Assembly: GCF_004010195.1 (NCBI RefSeq) | Contig: NC_057752.1 | Coordinates: forward strand, 8,940,766-9,004,765 | Direction: 5' to 3' | Length of the DNA: 64,000 nt | DNA from: Chiloscyllium plagiosum | Taxonomy: Eukaryota | Part shown: positions 26,288-38,310 of the stretch, in pieces | How positions within the stretch are numbered: the stretch's first letter is position 1 | How the letters are laid out: the number at the start of each line of letters is the position of its first letter | The notes under the pieces: model-generated | What the model was told of the DNA's origin: nothing | Seen by the model: only the letters and a program-made list of their open reading frames with translations | Database searches by the model: none | Translations under genes and position numbers: made by a program

Positions 26288-26599
26288 CGCTAATTGGGTC
26301 ACGTTAATCAGAATAGCAGCACTGTAATGACTTCAATGGCCCTGAGGAAGGGAAAGTCATCTAGGCATCATTCCCCATCCCATCATCCCACTCCCCTGTA
26401 TTATCCAGTACTGGGTGGAAGGTCTGGACAAAATTGTAATGCACCCTGCATCAAATAGTTTATGCCATTAGGTGTACAGATTCACATGTAAATAACAGCC
26501 ACCTGAACAATGTACAAGATGGTGACAGGCAGCTTTAAACTTGTACCCAAGCAAGAAGTGCTAGGGGAGATAAAATAAATTATTAATTTATTTGTTGTT

Positions 26600-26761
26600 T
26601 GAATTGAAATCAGCTGGAATCCTTCACATATTAACAGTGATATTACAAAAACTAATGATGCATATTACAAATGTATCTCACTACAGTCACTACCTTTCCC
26701 ACAATTAATAGATTAATTGACACACTACTGCCAATTCTTTAGATTAGAAAACAGTATTAAA
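26600..26761 (+). promoter_or_regulatory. Elastase proximal promoter: E-box, TC-box/RBPJ(L) site, TATA-like box
   Basis: CAGCTG 26611-26616, TTTCCCAC 26695-26702, TATTAAA 26755-26761, about 60 nt before the ATG. These are components of PTF1 (Ptf1a/RBPJL) acinar promoters, but the E-box/TC-box spacing is not canonical. Confidence 0.5.
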
Positions 26762-26814
26762 GCGAAGGCACAGTGCGAGATCAGTCGCTGCACACAGCCA
26801 GCAGAGCTACCAAA

Positions 26815-26854
26815 ATGTTGAGATTGGTAATCTTGGTGAGCCTTGCCTTGCTTG
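26815..26854 (+). CDS. CELA1: Chymotrypsin-like elastase 1, exon 1 (signal peptide)
   Basis: aaaATG; MLRLVILVSLALL+G|gtgagt; 40 nt, phase 1. Confidence 0.9.
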
Positions 26855-27179
26855 GTGAGTAGAAACATTTGCATCTTACAGTATAACTGATGTTGAGTAA
26901 CATTAATTTGGTCAACATGGGCCGAAATTGGTTCAGTGTGATTGAGATTCCTCAGCTTCATTTTATATGAACTTTACAATCACTTCTATGTTCACATTGA
27001 GGACATGGAGGTTTTCTTTCCACTTCAGAGAATATCCTATGAAGTAACTCCAAGAGAAGGTATTGTATAGATCACTTCCCTGCTATACAGGGATATAGCT
27101 GGTCCAGTCAGACCAAAAGATTGTATTTTCTCTCATTATCTAATAGAGAAAACCTTTTGGGAATAATGATCTGAAGCAC

Positions 27180-27580
27180 CCCTCCTCAGACATGAGCACA
27201 TGATGCACACTGTCATTACAGTGGAATAGTTGGGGGAATACTTTATTGCCAAAGTTGCCCATCTTTCAGATGAGTTGTTAAACCGAGGCCCTTTCGGGTG
27301 GAGATTTAAAGATCCACTCCACTATTGGAAACTGAGAAGGGAGATTTTCCAGAGTCCTGACCAACATTTATTCTTCAACCAACATAGCTAAAGCATAGAT
27401 GAATTGGATTGTTATCTCAACGCTGTTTGTGGGAATGTGTTATGCACACATTAGCTGTCATATTTACCTACAAATTAACAGTGACTACATTTCAGAAGTA
27501 CAGTATTTCATTTGCTGTGAGGTGTTTTTGAACATCCTGAGGGTGTGAAAGGCATGATTTAAATACAAGTTTTGACTTTT
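27180..27580 (+). mobile_element. DeuSINE (SacSINE1/AmnSINE1 superfamily) in elastase intron 1
   Basis: Deu-domain-like tctttcagatgagttgttaaaccgagg...taaagatcc...gtcctgaccaacattt and L2-type tail tgaaaggcatgatttaaatacaag; further copies at about 39760-40040 and 61490-61700. Confidence 0.72.
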
Positions 27581-27930
27581 TATCAAATGGGGAAATAATG
27601 CACACCAGAACAGCTGTCAACAGTTAAGTGACTCAACTGTGCATGTGTCCCACCTGAAGGCAGTGAAGCGTACTCAAGACCAATATTACCATATCCTATA
27701 TTTTAGTGTTATTCCTGAAATACTCATTGTCGAGCACATAACTACATATTCCACTGTCTCATTATTCAGTTGCATAAAAATTTAAACTCCACTGAGCAAT
27801 GACTGACTCTCAAGAATATAATCCATCCTTAGTCACTGTATGAGTGACATACACTTTAGATGAAGTGGCAAGATTTGACACATGCACAACAGATTTATTC
27901 ATAAAATGGTGTTTTAATTTTATAATGTAG

Positions 27931-27998
27931 GGCAGTGCTTTGAAACGCCACGTATCATTGGAGGAGTTGAATCTCAGCCCAATGCTTGGCCATGGCAG
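27931..27998 (+). CDS. CELA1: Elastase exon 2 (propeptide, activation site R|IIGG)
   Basis: atgtag|GG...CAG|gtatga; (G)QCFETPRIIGGVESQPNAWPWQ; 68 nt. Confidence 0.95.
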
Positions 27999-28288
27999 GT
28001 ATGAAATGTTTACTGTTTTTTTTCTTTCTGCAATAATGACATTTAACAACTAATAATTTAACAATATCTGCACTGTATGATTCTCTGAATTACTTGATTT
28101 AGAAGAGGAAGCCAATTCTGTCAGACAAATAGGAATCTGTGTGTCACAAGCTTATATCAATTAAAGAACTATTTCTTATATTTTTATGAAATAATTTTCA
28201 GATCTTTTTAAGTATTTTCTCAATGAACATGAAAGAAATATTTCAAAATTAAATGTGCTAGACTAATAATCCATTTTTTTTTAAACAG

Positions 28289-28386
28289 GTTTCACTTCAA
28301 GGCTTATCTAGTTACTGGTATCATACATGCGGAGGCAGTCTGGTTCATCCCAGATGGGTGATGACTGCCGGTCACTGTGTAGACAT
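28289..28386 (+). CDS. CELA1: Elastase exon 3 (catalytic His57)
   Basis: aaacag|GTT...AT|gtaatt; [32 protein letters not shown]; 98 nt. Confidence 0.96.
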
Positions 28387-29109
28387 GTAATTATTTTAAT
28401 TCTCATTTCACTCTTTGACTCTTACAAGTGTTGTAGCTTATAGCCTGCCCCACATCATTTGTGAATCCTACTGCAACATTTACAAACTCCCTGCCGTCCT
28501 TTTGAGGCCTATTTCCTTTCTCTTTTCTATAACTCTGTTCTGTCACCTTTACTTCATATTCTTTCTCCTTCCTGAGCATTTGCTGTATCTATCTTTTACC
28601 AAAAGTCTAATGGAATTTTATTGGAACTCAAACAAGATTTGTAATGTCTTTTTAGGGCTTTGTGGACCTTACTTATTGTTTTCTCTCTTCAGACTGAATC
28701 TGTCCATTAGAAACATTTTAAATTTGCACAGATGATAGGCGGCTGTATAAAATAAATGAAAGGGAGTTGCATGAATCTTCATTGCTTAAAGCCTGGAATG
28801 GTATAAGGTGCGTTATCTAGCTCAAGAGTTGCCCAAGGACATACCCAATGTCCTTGTGATATCATGGAAATACACTAAGCATAGGGAAGCTATTTCCCCA
28901 CGAAGAGCAAAGATCAGTGAGCCAGTCAACCCTGGGTCACTTTATTGCATCTCTGGGTACACAGATCTGACAAAACCCTGAAAGAAAATTGTCAATCCAC
29001 TCATTCACATAGCCAATTACTCAGAAAATAATTTGATGCAAAGAATAACCGAACAGTAGTTATCACTAGGTATGCTTTGCTTGCCTTCCCATCACCTTGG
29101 TGGGGCTCA

Positions 29110-29620
29110 TGGAGTCACAGAGTCATACAGCATGGAAACAGACCCTTCAGTCCAACTAGTCCACACTGACCATGTTCCCAAATCGTCCCACTTGCCTGTG
29201 TTGAGCCCATATCCGTCCAAACCTTTCCTATTCATGTACTTATCGAAATGTCTTTTCAACATTGTAACTGTACCTGCATCCACCACTTCCTCTGGCAGTT
29301 CATTCCACACTTGAACCACTCTCTGTGTTTATAATGCTGTCCATCATGTCCTTTTTAAAACTTTCTCCTCTCACCTTAAAAAGATTTCCCTTAGTTTTGA
29401 AGTCCTCCACCCTAGGGAAAAGACCCTTACTACTTACCTTATCATGTCCCTCATGATTTTATAAATTTCTATAAAGTCACCCCTCAACTTACTCCGCTCT
29501 AGTGAAAAAGGTCCCAGCCTATCCAACCTATTTTTATAACTCAAACCCTCCATTCCCAGCAACATCCTGGTAAATCATTTCTAAACCCCCTCCAATTTAA
29601 TAATATCCTTCCAATAGCAG
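29110..29620 (-). mobile_element. CR1 3' fragment in elastase intron 3
   Basis: VWNELPEEVVDAGTVTMLKRHFDKYMNRKG. Confidence 0.85.
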
Positions 29621-29907
29621 GGTCATATTTCTTTCATGCGCTCTGATTTTACAAGATGGAAAATATCAATCATTGTGTACTGTATCTGCTTAGTCTTTTA
29701 TATTATTGTCCTTTGTGCAAATCTCTTTTTTTTTTTGTCTTTGTTTATCATGATGAAGATCTCAAAATTATTTGGAAATGTATGGCCACTAACCAAGGGG
29801 TTCCAGTTTGTGATGCTAAACAAATCAGTTTTGAGTGAGTTAGAATCTCACCCTTCATTGTGATCCATTTTAAAATAATACAGTCAATTTCTTTTGTTCA
29901 TAAACAG

Positions 29908-30033
29908 GCCAGGTTTGGTATACCGTGTTGCATTGGGTGACCACAACATTTATGAGACAGAAGGCCCTGAACAGTACATATTAGTTGATAAAGTTGTGCT
30001 GAATAAGAAGTGGACTGGAGACCTTTCTGTTGG
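29908..30033 (+). CDS. CELA1: Elastase exon 4 (calcium-loop region)
   Basis: aaacag|G...GG|gtaagt; PGLVYRVALGDHNIYETEGPEQYILVDKVVLNKKWTGDLSV; 126 nt. Confidence 0.95.
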
Positions 30034-30508
30034 GTAAGTACAACATAAGGCAAATTATTTATCTTTGAGCAATGGAATAATATTTAAAATGTCTCATGGA
30101 GACTGAAGATATACAATAGTTCTGCTTCGGAATTAGGAAATGCCTCCTCATTAATCTGATAATTTAAGTCACAAGTGAAGTGTAGTCAATAGCCATAGGT
30201 ATCCATCTTGTTGTGCAGTTATATCAAAAATAATATAGGTGGACACAGCTTTGTTCAATCTGAAGCAGAATAAAGGCAGTTAAGTATAATATCAGGCCAC
30301 AAACAAGATCATCACAACAGAGTAATTGTGCATTTTACTCCAGTTACATATGCTGATCTTAAAAAGGAAATGATTGACACAACAAAAAGCTCAGCATTCT
30401 TGGTTTACTTTATAGAGCACCTAATGGCGTGTTTCATTAGCTAGATAATGAGATATGTCAAATTCTGTAATTAATTAAAACACTGAAAAACTATTTTATG
30501 CCATGTAG

Positions 30509-30645
30509 ACATGACATTGCAATGGTTCGCCTTGCTGAAGAGGCAATTCTCAATGACAAAGTCCAGCTTGCATTACTGCCACAAAAGGGAGAGATTCTGC
30601 CAAATGACTACCTGTGCTTTGCCACTGGATGGGGTTACAAATTTA
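30509..30645 (+). CDS. CELA1: Elastase exon 5 (catalytic Asp102)
   Basis: atgtag|A...A|gtaagt; HDIAMVRLAEEAILNDKVQLALLPQKGEILPNDYLCFATGWGYKF; 137 nt. Confidence 0.96.
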
Positions 30646-31366
30646 GTAAGTGCTTTTGGATTTATGCTTGAATATTATTCTATTATAGAAATTATAAGGA
30701 GATAATTTATCTTTCATTTGTATTGGAGATTGGCTCTTTAAATTGAGCTAATTGTGTTAGCTCGCTGGCAAAACATGAGCTTCATAAAAATGCTCAATTG
30801 AAGAAAAGCAACAGTATTTTGCCTGGATAAAATTCTTAAATTTATTACTCATCTGGGAATTGGAAAGAAACAAGAAAACAAAGCAAACAGGATCTTATTT
30901 TTAACATACTTCGTGTTGAACCAAAGTTGAGCAAAAGATTAAAATAAATAATTGCCAGTTGCTGCAATAGATTTCTACTTTCTCCTTTCCTCCCTATGAC
31001 TTTGCATCAAAATTAACCCTGGTTATAAGGGTCATAAATAAAATGATATTGAGGCAATGTTGATCATTTCACATCACAAAACTGCCCTATTTCAGACTAA
31101 CCAACATTCACAGGTCATCAATATGATCCAGAAATTCAGATGCAGATCCAGCAGCTGAACCCCAGCAAATGCCCGTTGATCTGTTTGTTGAATCAACACC
31201 AAGAGGTTGCAGGTTCAGGCAAGGGAGCTTAGGATAATGTATGAAGCTCAGAGAAAACAAGAATGACAAATTCAGAGTGAGATGATCAGAGAAAAATATA
31301 GACTAAACCAAGATAAATTGAAAAGAGGAAACATAGGATTCATTGGATGTTTTTTCTCTGATATAG

Positions 31367-31512
31367 ATGGTGGGGAAGTTAGTTCTACTCTTCAGCAGGT
31401 TCCCATTCGGATTGTGGACTACAAAACCTGTTCCAGACCTGACCTTTGGGGCTACTATGTCAATGACATCATGGTGTGTGCAGGCGGAGATGGTTTCGTC
31501 TCAGGCTGTCAG
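31367..31512 (+). CDS. CELA1: Elastase exon 6
   Basis: atatag|AT...CAG|gtaatg; [48 protein letters not shown]; 146 nt. Confidence 0.96.
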
Positions 31513-32104
31513 GTAATGGTGTCGGATGTTTTCCTTCCACAGGACAAAATAGTAATCTATAACAGTTTATATTAAGGTATACAGCCTTTTATAGACAATG
31601 CCAGAGGAAACTGCAGTAAATGTGAAATAAATGCTTGATCAGTACAACTGACTCACAGAACCCAGAGCTATATTGTCAGCTGGTTATGAGAATGCAATGG
31701 GGAAAACAGTAGTGAAAATGTCAACCAGCATTTTTGGATTTCCGATCATCATTCATTCACAAATCACAAATAAAAGTTGTAAGGAGATGATATGGTGAAA
31801 TTAATCTGTAGGCTGGCCGTTCACACCAAGAACCTGGATTTGAATCCAGCCCTGATCTACATGGAAAAGTTCTTCTTTCTGTGTGCCTGTTATAAAAGTG
31901 TAAATGAGAAAGACATTTGGGTGGTCTGAACTAAATGACCTGTCTCACTCAGACTACTGTGACAAACAAATGTTCAGTAGTACTCTTGTGGCTATTTTGA
32001 AGTTTATTGAAAGGCACATTAAGATAATTCAGGAATCTGGTTTTAACAACACCCATATCTACCAATCTAAAACACGAGACAAAAAAACTGACACACTTCA
32101 AAAT

Positions 32105-32740
32105 AAGGAGAAAGTGAGGACTGCAGATGCTGGAGATCATAGTCAAAAGGTGTGGTGCTAGAAAAGCACAGCAGGTCAGACAACATCCAAGGAGCAGGAG
32201 AGTTGACATTTCGGGCATAAGCTCTTAATGGCGGGGGGAGAGGGGGAGACAAGGGGACTGAGATAAATGGGAGGAAGGGGTGGGGCTGGGGGAAAGGTAG
32301 CTGGGAAGGCAATATGTAGATGAAGATGTGATAGATCGGAGCAGAGGCTGGAGCAGATAGGTGGGAAGGAAGATGGACAGGTAGGACAGTTCAAGAGGGC
32401 GGTGCCGAGTTGGAGAGTTGGATCTGGAATAAGGTGGGGGGAGGGGAGATGAGGAAACTGGTGAAATCGACATTGATGCCCTGGGGTTCAAGGCTCCCAA
32501 GGCAGAAGATGAGATGTTTCTCCTCCAGGCATTGGATGGCTTGGATTTGGTTGTGGAGGAGGCCCAGGACTTGCATGTCCTTGGAGGAGTGGAAGGGGGA
32601 GTTGAAGTGGTCGGCCACAAGGCGGTGGGGCTGTTGGGTGCGTGTGTCCCGGAAATGTTCCCTGAACCATTCCGCAAGTTGGCGTCCTGTCGCCCCAATG
32701 TAGAGGAGACCACATCGGGAGCAACAGACACAGTAGATAA
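32105..32740 (-). mobile_element. PLE family-B fragment with GIY-YIG C-terminal region, elastase intron 6
   Basis: YIGATGRQLAEWFREH; ADHFNSPFHS..MQVLGL..LEEKHLIFCLGSLEPQGINVDF; ends in the family-B terminal repeat, linking that repeat to a PLE ORF. Confidence 0.85.
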
Positions 32741-33459
32741 AACTACTGATAGCTCATAAACAGCTCTGAATATAGACCCCTGTGACCAATGCTAGTGCTT
32801 TACTGAAATTGGATTAATTAAACGTCATTCTGCTGCACAGGATTTGGTCATTTCCCAATATTTTCAGAATCACTTTATGAAATTTGATTTGCCTTTTGCA
32901 GAAAACCAAAACCTAATGTAGGCATCTCTGACAGATGAAAAGTTCAAATGAGGGTGCAGTGGAACATGAACTTGCAATGTAAACAGCAGGTATAAATGCA
33001 AGGTTCACTTGTATGTATTGGAGGGTGTGATGGGGGAGCCATTAGTATACAAAAAAGGACTGTTTGGAATGACAGACCTGGAAATTTCTGATGGGAAATG
33101 TGAGAACTGAAGATGGAGATTTATTTCCTTGGCTCTTCCTGATAAATACTATATTTTAAAATATTTCTTTGGCGCATTTTCCAGCATTTTAAAGACTCTA
33201 TAGTTCTGCTATTGCAGCCAAAAAATAGTGAATTCAGTATACTAGATCCCACAGTGAGTCCAGCAATAATGCAATTTAAATTGAAAAAAGATGTGCTACA
33301 ATATTTTCAGAAATGCACAGTAAAGGCATTCTAGGACCACCTGGGGTGTGACACAACAGACAACCTGAGCTGAATTTTCTATAGGCAAAAGCTAGGCGCA
33401 GGGAGTCTCTATCTCTATTGCCTATCAACACTGGAGCACAAGTAGGCCATTCAGCCCAG

Positions 33460-35030
33460 TGATGTCACCACAAAGATGTGGCTGCATGGGGATCAGGACT
33501 GGCAACTAAATATCTGACGATACACGTCCTATTGAAGAAACAGGCAGCGGGGTGCAGTTGCCTTGTTTATAAGATATGAAATTAAAATCAATAGCAAAAA
33601 ATGATAAAGAGTTGGAAGGCATAGAATCTGTGTGGGTAGGGTTGAGGAATCGCAAAGGAAAAAAGACCCTGATGGGAAGTTATGAGGAAGGGTCAGTCAA
33701 CCCGAAATATTAGCTCCGATTTCTCTCCACAGATGCTGCCAGATCAGCTGAGCTTTTCCAGCAATTTCTGTTTTTGTTTCTGATTTACAGCATCCACAGT
33801 TCTTTTGGTTTTTAGACTCTGATGGGAGTTGTGCACAGGCCTCCTAACTGTAGTCAGGATGTAGGGCAGAAAATCAATCAGGAAATAGTAAAGACATGTG
33901 AGAAAGGTACTGTTACAATAATCATAAGGGACTTCAATATTTCGGTGGACTGAGAATATCAGTTTGGTCGTGGATCCCAAGAAAAAGAATGTATATGAGA
34001 TGGTTTTCTGGAGCAGCTTGTGGTAGAGCCCATTAGGGAACAGGCAATTCTGGATTGGTAATGTGTAATGTGGCAGACTTGATTAGGGAGCTAAAGGTGA
34101 AGGAACCCCTTGGGGGCAGTGACCATGATATGTTGGAATTCACCCTGCAATTTGAGAGGAAGAAATTGTAATCAGATGCAATGACTACAAGGGCATGAGG
34201 GAGCACTGGCCAGAGTTGATTGGAAGGGGAACCTCACCGGAAAGACAGTGGAACTCATTGTTGCAGAAGGCTGTGGAGGCCAAGTCATTGAGTGATAGGT
34301 TCTTTTTTCTTAATCCAATAATGGGATGAGGGTGTCACTGGCTAGGCTATCCCTAATTGCCCAGAGGGCAGTTAAGAGTCATCTGCTGTGGGAGCCAAAT
34401 TTTTTTCCCAACAATCAATAATGGTTTCACGGTCATCATTAATTCAGATTTTTATTGAATTCAAATTCCACCATCTGCCAAGGCAGGAATTTAACCAAAC
34501 ATTACCTGAGTCTCTGGATTAACAGTCCAGTAAAAATACCACTAGGCCATTGTCTCTTGATTAGTAAGTGGATTAAAGTTTATGGGGAGAAGGAAGGAGA
34601 ATGGGGTTGAGAAACATATCCGCCATGATCAAATGCTGGAGCAGACTCCATGTGCTGAATGGCCTAATTCTCTCCTATATCTTATGGTCTTACGGTCATC
34701 GAGTCTGCTCTGCCATTCAATGAAGTCATGTCTGATCTGATAATCCTCAATTTCACTTTCCTATCTTTTCCATATAACCCTTGATTCCCTTAATGAATAA
34801 ACATCTGTCTATCTCATCCTGAATATCCTTAACAGGAGTTAGAGACAGATGTGTGAAGAAGTGTTTTGCCTGAAACGCTGACTTCTCCACCTCCTGATGC
34901 TGCCTGACTTGCTGTGTTCTTCCAGCCTCCTGTTTGTCTACTTTGAATGTAATGATCCAGCCTCAACAGCCCTCTGTGGTAAAGAATTCCACAGATTCAC
35001 TACTCTCTGAGAGAAGAAATTCCTTCTCAT
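33460..35030. mobile_element. Composite of CR1 APE fragment (+), CR1 3' ends (+ and -), a tRNA-SINE (34310-34550) and two PLE mini-inserts
   Basis: IIRDFN.., AILDW, GSDH remnants; opposed CR1 3' UTRs at about 34560-34690 and 34695-35030. Confidence 0.65.
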
Positions 35031-36503
35031 CTCCCTACTCTATGGACCTCTAGAGTTTCTCATATGTATATTGTGATAAAAGTAAAAGCTACATAAGATT
35101 CTAGGAGCTTTGGGGCTCACACATATTCCTCTTGCCAGGATAAAGACTGCAACGGCACTCTGGAACTCTGAGAGTCTATGTGACTGAAACTAAATCCTAC
35201 TCATCAATCTTAGGAAAGGAGAGCTTGGTACTGTTCTCCTTGCTAATCTGCAATAACCTCCCCTCTCCCAACCATCCCCACTGCCTCTGTAGTGCAGAAG
35301 TCAAACACTGACAGTGGTATCTGATGCAATGTCTTCTGGAATGTACATTTTATATGACTGTCTCACAATTTGCATCATTTTCTCCAGTATTTTTGCATTA
35401 GTCCCTCCAGTATACAAGTTTGTTGCATATCCTTGCTTGATTTGATTTTATAATTTTCAGTATCTAGTACTCTGTATATATACAGTTCAATTAACATGCA
35501 TAATTTCTATGGTGGGTGATGGTAGATTATCCCATCTAAAGAATTGAAGCACTTGCATACCTTTGGGTAACAGACTTCAACGCACGTTAACACAGGTGCT
35601 GTCCACACAGAATTGCCAAATAGGCAAGCACAAAATTTACACAGCTGCATAAATACTATACGGTGTGCAGTGATATTTCTGCTGCATTCAAGGGGATGGC
35701 CTTGGGGCAATGACTCGCAGGCATGTTATGTGTCGGTAAGCGCTAATATGTAGCCTAAATAAATAAAAGCTCTCAATGTGAATTGCTGATGGTGGCCTGT
35801 TGGGAAACTTGCTGCACATTTTTTTTAAAAACAACTGTCGCTAACTCTGCCTTGCTCAAAAAGCTGGTTCAACTGTTCAACTGTTAAAATACTGGGACAA
35901 TGGTTCCTTTGCCAATACTTGTTTGATGCATCAAATGGCTTGAGATACAGTGCAAGAATCATCTGGTCGCATTGCTGCTCATACGCACAAGCTCCATATA
36001 ACTATAAATACAAAAATATATTTTTGGAATACTCAGGCGCTATCTGAGCACAACAAAAACGGTATATTAAGCACTGAGCAAAAGCGGATAAACAAACAGA
36101 AGCCTGCACATCCTGACTAATGCTAATCTGTATTGTTGCTAAACCTGAACTCAACAATGAAAACAAACAATGCTGAAAATACTCAGTAGGTGGCAACATC
36201 TATTGCGAGAGAAACATTTCAGGGCTGTAACTCTGTCTGAATATCATCATTGTAAAGATCATTGACCTGAAAAGTTAACACTGTTGCATTCTCCACAGAT
36301 TGAGGGAGTAGTTCAAGAGAAGCTTCTCTCAGGAAATGAAATGGGCAGGATACAACTTCTGTCCGGATAAATTACACATACCATGTGGGTTCGATGATTC
36401 ATTGACTCAAGCTGTACCATGCTTTCTCTCCCTATATTTGAACAGCGAGAATAGAATTTAGAAGAATAGAATGGCAACGGAATTTCTCTTCTTTCTCACA
36501 CAG

Positions 36504-36653
36504 GGAGATTCTGGTGGTCCTCTGAACTGTGAGAAAGATGGGAAGTTCTATGTTCATGGAGTGACCAGCTTCATCTATGCAGGAGGATGCAGGTTCTACA
36601 TGAAACCAACAGTCTGGACCCGTGTCTCAGCTGAGATAGATTGGATCAATGAG
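36504..36653 (+). CDS. CELA1: Elastase exon 7 (catalytic Ser195)
   Basis: acacag|GGA...GAG|gtgagt; [50 protein letters not shown]; 150 nt. Confidence 0.97.
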
Positions 36654-37440
36654 GTGAGTTAAGATTTTTAATTCTTGTAATAATATATCAACATACAACA
36701 ATACTCTCTAAATATATAGATTTGCTTTAAAAATTATCCAATTGAGATTTAAGTCACCAATATCTATCACTATTCAGTTAAAATCAGTCGATTCTTTTTT
36801 ATCTCCATTACACTTTAAAACTATTTGGACCACACAGCAATGCTAGGCAGGAGTGAATTAGCAAACCCAGACAATTTTCTGGAGGCTAGACTCACTTCAA
36901 TGGACCACTATCTCGAACAGTTCAACAATGGGGAGCACTTAATAGTGTGCAGTCCTAATGACAGTGCCTGCCACATTACTATTTATAAAAAAGCTTACGG
37001 TCACACAGAGATCAATAAACAGCCAGAGTGGGGATACAAGAAAGAGTGTTAAGGCCAGGGCAATGGGCTAATTTACAAATGGGCTGTAGTAGTAGGGAAC
37101 CATAATGGATGGTATTCTGATAATGAGATCAAATGGGTAAAATCAGCATAATTTAAACTTATTTCATGAATTTCTAAAAGTCACATAAAATTTATAGGTT
37201 AGAGACTGTTTCCAAAAGTGAAGCAGGCCTGATAATTCAAAACTGACAAGTCAGAAGCAAATGGGTAGAGGGCCTGCAGAAATTGTATTTAAATTAATCA
37301 CATTGCACATATCATTAAAGCCAATGTGAGGCAAAGTTATGAGTGGCAGTCAATTTAATCAAACACAGTTGAAAGGACAAAGGTTGCAGAAACAATGAAC
37401 ATGTCTTTAATAATCACGTAAATCATGTTTTATTTTTCAG

Positions 37441-37458
37441 GTCATCACTAAAGGTTGA
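37441..37458 (+). CDS. CELA1: Elastase exon 8 (terminal, VITKG*)
   Basis: tatttttcag|GTCATCACTAAAGGTTGA; the eight exons sum to 783 nt = 260 aa + stop with no frameshift. Confidence 0.88.
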   Translation, partial: VITKG

Positions 37459-37511
37459 TCATTGAAGGGCAGTTATTCATATCTGAGATCTGGAGCTTTG
37501 CTATATGTATC

Positions 37512-37531
37512 AATAAATTTCCATCAATAAA
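37512..37531 (+). terminator. Tandem polyadenylation signals of the elastase gene
   Basis: AATAAA at 37512-37517 and 37526-37531, 54-73 nt after the stop, followed by a T-rich tract. Confidence 0.75.
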
Positions 37532-38310
37532 GTACATTTAAATCAAAATGCTTCTCAAAATGAATGTTTTTTCTGGCTTATTCTGTGGACTAGTTGCAAC
37601 AGGTGTGGGTGGGATTATCGGGCTTCAGATGTTGTGCTGCACTGTGCTGACATTATGCAATCTTAATTTAAGTTCTATATACAGTTGTTCTGTACTCTTG
37701 GAACATAGCACATGGTATGCCTGAAACATGCATGGGTAGGGGTTGCAGGCTATTCAGCAACAGCTCTTAAAAGACTGCTGATCTTTAAAAGGGAACTGGC
37801 TGCAAATTTAAAACATGGCAAAAGCAAAGCACAAAGGCAGTACAATACTATTCAAAAATGGTGCTTTATAAGTACTAATTATAAGGACAAATCTTTTTGG
37901 TGAAAAAAGATATTCTCAGTCAAGAATCCTGCCAGGGTAGTCTGGATGAAGATCACTAAGTGAGTCACTGCTATCTGAACTGTGGCCCAACACAAGGTAG
38001 TATTTGGTATATGCAAGGCTGCCAAAGTTTGCTGACAATTTGCAAAGAAAAAATAATTGTCTTCCAAGCATGTTAATAAAATTTCACTGTAAGCATCACC
38101 AAGAAAATTCTCATTTCTGACATCTTAAGAGCTTAATCGGCAAAAGATGTGCTGAGCCTACATCCTGAAAGTCAGTGTGGGCGTCTCACCACTTTTTCGG
38201 GCAGCACACAAGACACCCACAAACTCTAAAGATTCCACTCACAAGAAAGTGTTGCCTCTGAACACTTGGGTCACACACACATTATGTTTCCTTGATTTAA
38301 GAATATCAAC

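Noticed and set aside
31282..31575. Stand-alone 97-aa protease ORF (also 36471-36662 and 14334-14528)
   Set aside because: These are intron-extended readings of single exons of the spliced CELA1 and GALNT6 genes.
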